Source of the DNA: a virus
Taxonomy: Duplodnaviria > Heunggongvirae > Uroviricota > Caudoviricetes
DNA: 64,000 nt
Reading direction: 5' to 3' (one strand)
Virus record (IMG/VR): IMGVR_UViG_3300026549_002476
Shown here: piece by piece, positions 57,355 to 64,000 of the stretch
Layout: each line of letters opens with the position of its first letter
Position numbering within the stretch: the stretch's first letter is position 1
The notes under the pieces: model-generated
The model's database searches: none
What the model saw: only the letters and a program-made list of their open reading frames with translations
Told to the model about the DNA's origin: nothing
Translations under genes and position numbers: made by a program

Positions 57355-59235
57355 ATGAAACCTACTGAAGAACAATTAAATGTATTAGCAGTTAAATTGG
57401 CACAAGCAATACAACAGGATAATGCTTCTAGAAACAGTGGTCAGTTTGAGTCAGTAGATAAACAGACTGAAAGAGAATCAAAGGTATCACAGGAAAGTTT
57501 AGACCAATTATCTAAAGCTGTAGCAGATAGTATCAAAGCTTCTCAGCCATCACAATCACAACAGACTTATACTAGTAATTCATCCTCTGAAAAGTACTTT
57601 GATAACATTAAAGGTCAAGAGTCAGCTAGGATAGAAAAATTTATGCCAGTGTCTCAGCTGAAGAAGATACCATATACATCTGAGAGTTTAAATGAATACT
57701 ATAAGCAGTTCATTTATAAGTTTGTATGTAATGTTAACAATCTTCATGTATTCTATAAAGATGGAAAGTGTGATAGTAACACTGTAAGGACTGTTGAATA
57801 CCTAAGTAATTTTCATTATATAGCTATTCAAGGACAAACAGATGGTTTGGATGTAGTAAACTATATTAATACTTTAAGTAGAGAATTTACTAGAAGAGCA
57901 CAAATAGATAGACATAGTAAAAGTTTGCCAGCTTTGGCTTTTGCAATTAAGCTTTTACAGGCATATGATGCAAATAATTTTCCTTATGATAAAGTGCCAT
58001 CAGTAAACATGTGCAAAACCTGGATGGATCAGTGTAACTCTGAATTAATTCCAAAACCAGGTGAGAAAGCTTCTCGTGAACAGGTTTATGAGAGTTCAAC
58101 TTATATGAATTCAAATCAACAAGTTAAGACTGAACCTGACACTACATCAACTAGTGATGGTGATAAGCCATTAAATGATAATGATGGATCAATGGGTGAT
58201 TGGAGTACTGATAATAGTTCCAGTAATGCCAATGATGATCCAGAAGGGTTTGAATCATATAATGATAAGGATTCTTATTCATCTAGTTATGATGCATACG
58301 AACCATCTGTTCAACAATTTGGTGAGCCATGTTTCACAATTGATAATTCTGGAAACATAAAAGTAACTAGCACTAGACCGAATCAGCATGTGATAGCTTT
58401 TTCACCTGAGCAGATTGACAAAGTAAATAGAAGAAGCGTTAGTAGGGTTGAGAGATTTAAGAAGATGTTTAGAAACTCTAGAGGTACAACATGGCAGTGC
58501 CAAAAGAGATGGGAACTCATCCTTGATGTCATACATGGAAGATTTATAGATAATAATGAAGTTACAAGAATAGGCATTTATAATAACTGTATATATGCTA
58601 AAAATACAAGAGTTAATGTTGAACAACTTCTAGATAATGAATATGATCTTGATTTGTATGAAATCATTGATTATAGAGAGTTGTTTAAAAAGTTTAAGAA
58701 TATACAGTTGTTATTGTTGGATTATCCAGCTCTTGAAAAAGTAGATCAGCAGTTTGGAACAGATGCAGATGGCATTTGGGCTTTATTCCAAGCTGAAAAG
58801 TCATTACAAAAAGTATCTATTATACAGCAGGGTGGGGATAAAACTAAAGATTATACCAGAAAAGATTTTAACAGTCAGGCAGATGATGCTGACAAAACAA
58901 TGAAAGGTATACATTTCGATAGAGCATTTGAAAGTATGTGTGCTCGTAAGAATCCAAACCTTGAAGAAAAAGGTCCTGGTTATTTACTTGATAATATAGG
59001 ATCAGGCAGTGCTAAAAAGACTAGAGAACAAAAGAAGCTTGAAAGAAAAAATAGAAGACCTATTGGAAGCAAATTAGCTGGCAATGCAACTGGAATTAAG
59101 AAAGCAGCTACATTCTTTGGGGCTGGTCTGGCTGGTAGTTTATTTGGGCCAGCTGGAATACTTATTGCAGGTTCCATTTGGTTGGCCTCTAGTGCATATA
59201 ATCGTAGACATGCCTATGATCGTAATGCAGGATGA
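57355..59235 (+). CDS. hypothetical protein with C-terminal Gly/Ala-rich hydrophobic segment
   Basis: RBS cagaggtaaag. C-terminus AATFFGAGLAGSLFGPAGILIAGSIWLASSAY is TM/amphipathic-like. Confidence 0.4.
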   Translation: MKPTEEQLNVLAVKLAQAIQQDNASRNSGQFESVDKQTERESKVSQESLDQLSKAVADSIKASQPSQSQQTYTSNSSSEKYFDNIKGQESARIEKFMPVSQLKKIPYTSESLNEYYKQFIYKFVCNVNNLHVFYKDGKCDSNTVRTVEYLSNFHYIAIQGQTDGLDVVNYINTLSREFTRRAQIDRHSKSLPALAFAIKLLQAYDANNFPYDKVPSVNMCKTWMDQCNSELIPKPGEKASREQVYESSTYMNSNQQVKTEPDTTSTSDGDKPLNDNDGSMGDWSTDNSSSNANDDPEGFESYNDKDSYSSSYDAYEPSVQQFGEPCFTIDNSGNIKVTSTRPNQHVIAFSPEQIDKVNRRSVSRVERFKKMFRNSRGTTWQCQKRWELILDVIHGRFIDNNEVTRIGIYNNCIYAKNTRVNVEQLLDNEYDLDLYEIIDYRELFKKFKNIQLLLLDYPALEKVDQQFGTDADGIWALFQAEKSLQKVSIIQQGGDKTKDYTRKDFNSQADDADKTMKGIHFDRAFESMCARKNPNLEEKGPGYLLDNIGSGSAKKTREQKKLERKNRRPIGSKLAGNATGIKKAATFFGAGLAGSLFGPAGILIAGSIWLASSAYNRRHAYDRNAG

Positions 59236-59246
59236 GGTTAAACAGT

Positions 59247-60035
59247 ATGAAAAATAAGATTATAATTTTAAGTTTAATTTTAACAATGCCAATTAGTTTA
59301 TGTGCTTGTGGAAATAAAAAAGAAGATGCCAAAGTAACAAGTGTAGTAGAGTCAACAGAAGCAAGTACTGAGTCATCTTCTGAAAGTAGTACTGAAACTG
59401 AAATAGATGAAAGTGATGTATCAACTACATATACTGAAGAAGAAAAACAGATATATGAAGATGCTGAACAAGCTGCTGAAGCTGCTCCATATTATGACAT
59501 ATCAACTATCTTAAATGATACTGATTTACAGAGTAGCTTGAATAATAAAGCAGTTGTAGTTGGGGGCATTGCTATTGATATAACAGATAAAGGCTTCACA
59601 CTTGTTGATTCTGCTGATGATACTTCTGGGATTGATGTTGAAATATATGATGAATACAGTGAAGAGCCAGCAGATCTGAGTTTATCAGAGAGGATAGATA
59701 ATAATACAGAGTTAATAGTATCTGGTGTTTTATCAATAGATAAAGATAAACTTGAATTAGATGGAACTGACTATTTTGATATTATTCCATTTTATAAAGA
59801 AACTTGGGGTAGCATTACATATTGTGGAGATGACACTAAATCTGCTGAGTACTTCAATAAAGATGATTTTGATAGCAGAGGATATTGGAAGAATTTTGAG
59901 GGAAATAATTTGAGTAACCTGTTTAATGCAATAGATACAGATATGAATCCTGATGAAACTTCTAATCCAATTTGGATTAAATATTATAATAACCAAGATA
60001 AATTAAATGATGTAAAAGATGCCTTAGCTAATTGA
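59247..60035 (+). CDS. acidic lipoprotein
   Basis: MKNKIIILSLILTMPISLCACGN signal peptide with a lipobox L-C-A-C. RBS gaggt upstream of the ATG at 59247. Confidence 0.55.
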   Translation: MKNKIIILSLILTMPISLCACGNKKEDAKVTSVVESTEASTESSSESSTETEIDESDVSTTYTEEEKQIYEDAEQAAEAAPYYDISTILNDTDLQSSLNNKAVVVGGIAIDITDKGFTLVDSADDTSGIDVEIYDEYSEEPADLSLSERIDNNTELIVSGVLSIDKDKLELDGTDYFDIIPFYKETWGSITYCGDDTKSAEYFNKDDFDSRGYWKNFEGNNLSNLFNAIDTDMNPDETSNPIWIKYYNNQDKLNDVKDALAN

Positions 60036-60174
60036 ATTAAACAGTAAATAGATGATAGAATAAAGGTAGGAATGTGATTTTTAGCATTTCTGCCTTTTAT
60101 TTTGTTAATAAACATTTTTATAAAAGAGGTGTTTAATTTTATTTTAGTTTTAATTGATTTATTAGGAGTTGAAT

Positions 60175-63100
60175 ATGCTTGATACTAGTTCGATTAACAT
60201 TTATAATTTAGGTGAAGATGCTTGTAAGTTAATCATTAAGACACTAAAGCTTGATATGTCTGTTGAAGATATTTTTAATCAGATAACAAGCACTATTGAT
60301 TCTATGACAATATGGTTCATAATCATAGGTGTTATAACTTGCATACTTGCTTGGACTGGCAGTAGATTTATACAGGCAGCACAAGGGTTTGTTTGTGGTG
60401 CATTTATAGCCAATCTTGGAGGAATTGTATTATCTTGGTTTGATCCTACAGTAACCACAGAATTTATACATGAATTTTCAATGTTTGCAGGGTTACTCGG
60501 AGCGATTATTGGAATCACATTAAACCAGTTAAGTATACTATTAAATTGTTCAATAACAGGAATAATGGCTGGGATACTCATTTTTAATGGAAAGTTCGAT
60601 ATAATAATGAGTATGTTACTTGGTCTTGTTCTTGGAATCATTATTTCAGTTATCATGGTAGCTGTTAAATCTGTTTCAGCTCCGATTGAATATGCAGTAT
60701 CTGGTGCAATTGATTTTGGTATTGCAGTAACATTCAGGACTGGAAATAAAACACTTGGAATATGGATGTTTATTTTATTTGCAGTTGGTTCAATCAGTGT
60801 TTATTATTTATATTATAATAAATTGTATAAAAGAACTCCTGAGGAAAAGAGAAAAGACCTTGTGAAACTTAAGCTTTCAAATATGTTTGAGATTGAAGAT
60901 GAAAAGTATTACAGACATAAGAGATTAGTAAAGAGCAAAAAGATTTCCATTACAGTACTTGTTGTATCTGCTGTTATTCTTCTTATGATGGTTCTACTAC
61001 CAAAGAGCAAAACTTATATGTACCATTATTACATGATAAGAGCTTCATATGCAAGAACAAACAATGAGAAAGAGAGTTTGTATGACATAGCTAAGTCTTA
61101 TAGAAGTGACAAGTTTAATGTTTATAAGAGATTGGCTGAGTTATACAGCCAGGATGGTAGTACAAGTAACGTAAATAATGAAATTGAAGAAGCAACTAAT
61201 ATATTTGGAGCAGATGATAAGAGAGTAAATGATTTAATTAATGAGTTAACAGTTTCAGTTCCAGTATTCAGTGTAAATTCTGGTGATTATACAGAGTCAC
61301 AAGTAGTTAGACTTACAGCTTCTGAGAATAATAAAATAGTTTATTCTATTAAATCTACTGGATCTGTTGTTTCTGAATCAGATAACAAAGATTATATAAG
61401 TCCAATAAATCTTGATTCTGATGGTACTTATAAGATTTCAGCTAGAACAGTAACACCTGAAGGATACACTAGTGAATTAGTTACAAATACTTATACATTG
61501 GATTTGAACTTTCCAGGTCAGGTTAAAGCAGATATAGAGTCTGGAGATTACGAGGAACCAATAAAGGTTAAGCTTAGTTCTGATGAAGGTTACATTCTAT
61601 ATACAACAGATGGAACAATTCCGAATAATACATCTAAACTTTATAACGGAGCATTGAATGTAGGACTTGGTGTCACAACTATTAATTCTGTAACAGTAAA
61701 TGCTAAAGGAAAGATGAGTAAGGTTTCTAGTGATACATACAGAATTAGCTATTATGATCCAGCCTCAACAACAAAATATTCCAGTGGGTTTAGTGGTTAT
61801 TTTTATGATTACATTTGTAACAATGGAGTGATTAGTGTAAGAAGTAAAACATCAAATAAAGAAGTTGACTCACTTAGTGGTCAGTATCCAAACGAGTATA
61901 ATGATTTAATGTACTATAAAGATAAAGATGGAATAATAGAAGTTTATGATCCATCAACAAATGTTAGCAAGGTGGTTGATACAAATATTGGAAGCATTGG
62001 AATGATGGTAGTTGAACATAATGGAATCTATTATACACCAACTGATAACAAAGGAATGAAATTTTACAGCTTTGACAGTAATAAATCAGTCAAGGTATTA
62101 AATGAAGATGAAACAGTTGTAATGATGATGAGATGCCAAGGGATGTTGTATTTTGTAAGCAACAGCAGACTTGCAAGAATTGAGAAACCTAATGATGTTC
62201 CAGTTGAGCTTGTAAAGTGTGGAAGTAAAGCCAAAGAAGAAAATGAAAAGCTCAAAAAACTCGAGATTGGTTTAAATAATACAGAGACAGATAACAGTGA
62301 TGAACTTGAAGTTAAAAAGACAAATAATTCAGATGACTTATATGGGCTAAAGAGTCTTATTACAGAGAAAGATAAGCAATATGTAATAACCGATGTTTAC
62401 ACTAAAGATAATAAAAACATCTATTATATTGAAGATGGTGCCTTGTATTATTTGGATTACAAGAATAATAAAACTGAAACACTTATTGATACGAAAACAT
62501 CATTTGATGAGAAGTTACCAAGTGGTTGGAAGATCAATGATGATGGTACAGTAACGATTATTAATGAAGATGGAACATATGGAATTTGGAGGAATAATAA
62601 TTCTATTACTTATCCAGTAGTTAAAGCAGATACAACTGATAATAGTGATGAAGCAGATGTAGATGATGTGAATGAAAGAGTCGTTTATCCTGATTACACA
62701 AGTCTTCCATGGGTAAACAAATCAAATGCTGATTCAATTATTAAGAGATATACAGATTTAAGAAGTTTAGCCAATGATGCAGTTGAAAAAAGAACCCCAC
62801 ATATACATGATTTAAATGGGGCAATTCAAAATGAAGATGGTACTTTTACATTAACTGATGGTTCTATTTTATATACTGATGGAACGATTGTAGAAACTGA
62901 TGGAACGATTGTATCACCTACTGGTTCAATAGCTTATGCAGATGGAACAATGGTTTATGAAGATGGCACTGTTAAATATACTGATGGAACTACAGTAGCA
63001 GCTGATGGAACTTCTACATTTACAAATGGAACAGTAGTTGATTCTGATAAGAATATTCATTATAGTGATGGTTCTGTTATAGGTATTGATAATCTTAGAG

Positions 63101-63471
63101 AGTTTACTGATGGGCATAAGGAAGATGCCTACGGAAACATTTATAATGAGGATGGAACTATTACTTATAAGGGGCCTACAAGTTCAAATATTCAGAATTA
63201 TAGTCTGAATGAAATAAACCTTGAGTGTATAGGTTTACAGGGTAGTCATAATACTTTGATTGTAAGAGTTAAGGATACTGAGACAGCTATGACAGTTGAT
63301 TACTTTACTAATAAAATTAGTAATCCCGAAACAAGTTCAAGTGAATATTGGGATTTGGTATCATTAACAGATAACAAGACAAGCAAGTTTGATAGTCCGT
63401 CAGAGTATATATTCTTTGTAGACAATGGTTATTATAGTAATAACAATGTATTTAATAATTATAGTCATTGA
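60175..63471 (+). CDS. large multi-pass membrane protein with extracellular Ig/Fn3-like segments and C-terminal tandem D-G-T repeats
   Basis: RBS aggag plus ATG at 60175. At least six hydrophobic helices in the first 230 aa. Repeated …YTDGTIVETDGTIVSPTGSIAYADGTMVYEDGTVKYTDGTTVAADGT…. Confidence 0.45.
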   Translation: MLDTSSINIYNLGEDACKLIIKTLKLDMSVEDIFNQITSTIDSMTIWFIIIGVITCILAWTGSRFIQAAQGFVCGAFIANLGGIVLSWFDPTVTTEFIHEFSMFAGLLGAIIGITLNQLSILLNCSITGIMAGILIFNGKFDIIMSMLLGLVLGIIISVIMVAVKSVSAPIEYAVSGAIDFGIAVTFRTGNKTLGIWMFILFAVGSISVYYLYYNKLYKRTPEEKRKDLVKLKLSNMFEIEDEKYYRHKRLVKSKKISITVLVVSAVILLMMVLLPKSKTYMYHYYMIRASYARTNNEKESLYDIAKSYRSDKFNVYKRLAELYSQDGSTSNVNNEIEEATNIFGADDKRVNDLINELTVSVPVFSVNSGDYTESQVVRLTASENNKIVYSIKSTGSVVSESDNKDYISPINLDSDGTYKISARTVTPEGYTSELVTNTYTLDLNFPGQVKADIESGDYEEPIKVKLSSDEGYILYTTDGTIPNNTSKLYNGALNVGLGVTTINSVTVNAKGKMSKVSSDTYRISYYDPASTTKYSSGFSGYFYDYICNNGVISVRSKTSNKEVDSLSGQYPNEYNDLMYYKDKDGIIEVYDPSTNVSKVVDTNIGSIGMMVVEHNGIYYTPTDNKGMKFYSFDSNKSVKVLNEDETVVMMMRCQGMLYFVSNSRLARIEKPNDVPVELVKCGSKAKEENEKLKKLEIGLNNTETDNSDELEVKKTNNSDDLYGLKSLITEKDKQYVITDVYTKDNKNIYYIEDGALYYLDYKNNKTETLIDTKTSFDEKLPSGWKINDDGTVTIINEDGTYGIWRNNNSITYPVVKADTTDNSDEADVDDVNERVVYPDYTSLPWVNKSNADSIIKRYTDLRSLANDAVEKRTPHIHDLNGAIQNEDGTFTLTDGSILYTDGTIVETDGTIVSPTGSIAYADGTMVYEDGTVKYTDGTTVAADGTSTFTNGTVVDSDKNIHYSDGSVIGIDNLREFTDGHKEDAYGNIYNEDGTITYKGPTSSNIQNYSLNEINLECIGLQGSHNTLIVRVKDTETAMTVDYFTNKISNPETSSSEYWDLVSLTDNKTSKFDSPSEYIFFVDNGYYSNNNVFNNYSH
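62875..62916 (+). repeat. 21-nt tandem repeat (actgatggaacgattgta-NNN x2) encoding the TDGTIV repeats
   Basis: Read directly in the sequence. Degenerate gatgg(a/t)ac copies continue to about 63080. Confidence 0.7.
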
Positions 63472-63481
63472 TAGGTGATGG

Positions 63482-63601
63482 ATGATGAAAAATAAAAAGA
63501 CAAATAAAAAGAAACAAATAAAAACTAGAATACTTGCCGCAATCTTAATTGCAGCAATGCTAATTTCAATTATCATTCCAGTGGTTGAGCAAGTAGGATA
63601 A
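63482..63601 (+). CDS. small Lys-rich/hydrophobic membrane peptide (39 aa)
   Basis: MMKNKKTNKKKQIKTRILAAILIAAMLISIIIPVVEQVG. Below the ORF-track cutoff. Confidence 0.25.
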   Translation: MMKNKKTNKKKQIKTRILAAILIAAMLISIIIPVVEQVG

Positions 63602-63624
63602 AATGAAACAGGAGAAATGATAAT

Positions 63625-64000
63625 ATGACTTTCACAATGATGTGTGGTTTGCCTGGTTCTGGAAAAAGTACTTACGCAAAAGAATTAGAAGATACTAATA
63701 CAGTTTTATTATCATCAGATAGAATTAGAGGAGAAATCTTTGGTGATGAAACTGATCAATGTCATAATAAAGAGATCTTTGAAGAAATGTTCAATAGAAC
63801 TATAAACAATCTCAATGCTGGCAAGAATGTTGTTTATGATGCTACCAATATTGATAGAATGAACAGAATGAATACTTTGAATAACATTAAGTATTCTCTT
63901 AGGGATGCAGGAAGTGTTGAGTTTAAAATCATTGTAGTCGTAAGAGCATTTGATGATTGTGTTGTAGCTGATGCTGAAAGAGAAAGAACAGTTGGTGAAA
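63625..64000 (+). CDS. P-loop kinase, polynucleotide kinase (T4 Pnk kinase-domain)-like; truncated by the window end
   Basis: RBS caggagaaatg plus ATG. MMCGLPGSGKSTYAKE (compare T4 Pnk IGCPGSGKSTWARE), downstream Asp residues. Confidence 0.5.
   Translation, partial: MTFTMMCGLPGSGKSTYAKELEDTNTVLLSSDRIRGEIFGDETDQCHNKEIFEEMFNRTINNLNAGKNVVYDATNIDRMNRMNTLNNIKYSLRDAGSVEFKIIVVVRAFDDCVVADAERERTVGE

Noticed and set aside
1401-63117. All minus-strand ORFs of 60-190 aa (for example 49014-49574, 25799-26284, 51601-52047, 60279-60656, 32441-32908).
   Set aside because: Each is fully embedded antisense to a well-supported + strand gene. They are AT-rich and hydrophobic, have no RBS, and transcription across the window appears unidirectional.

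Overview
All substantial ORFs lie on the + strand, and the window is AT-rich (roughly 30% GC judged by eye, not computed), consistent with a replication and nucleotide-metabolism block of a large Firmicutes/Clostridia-type (possibly jumbo) phage. Confidently recognisable genes: a Dam-family (D12-class) N6-adenine DNA methyltransferase; a family-A DNA polymerase (3'-5' exonuclease plus polymerase) carrying a 366-aa LAGLIDADG intein inserted in the conserved Q-G^T-A-A-D motif; anaerobic ribonucleotide reductase NrdD with its activase NrdG; a Cauli_VI-domain RNase H; an SbcD/Mre11-like nuclease flanked by what looks like an SbcC/Rad50 ATPase split at the zinc hook into two genes about 4 kb apart; an NT5C-type deoxyribonucleotidase; Tpt1/KptA RNA 2'-phosphotransferase; and a truncated Pnk-like P-loop kinase at the window end. 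Less certain calls are a Toprim (DnaG-like) primase-like protein and a gp32-like ssDNA-binding protein. Unusual for a phage are three membrane-integrity/stress proteins (PspA/IM30, SPFH/band-7, AIM24/TIGR00266), two BspA-type leucine-rich-repeat proteins, ASCH and DUF3850 proteins, and a pair of paralogous proteins with tandem Cys-rich zinc modules fused to a Vsr/PD-(D/E)xK-like nuclease-like domain. A roughly 4.5-kb segment (about 37.0-41.5 kb) is conspicuously GC-richer than the rest. It carries a ParB-like nuclease-domain protein, a DUF6273-like protein, and a family of small zinc-ribbon proteins sharing a C-terminal Y-C-P-x-C-G-A-K-M motif. One member is apparently frameshifted, and the tail of another is duplicated as an out-of-frame orphan after an A5 run. 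Non-coding highlights: 2.5 copies of a 104-bp tandem repeat and an A/G-rich microrepeat leader upstream of the gp32-like gene (a possible gp32-type translational operator or an origin), a repeat-rich intergenic region at 9.5-9.9 kb, and many clean rho-independent terminators. No CRISPR array, rRNA or convincing tRNA was found by eye. Many products stay hypothetical, and all family assignments rest on motif recognition without database searches.
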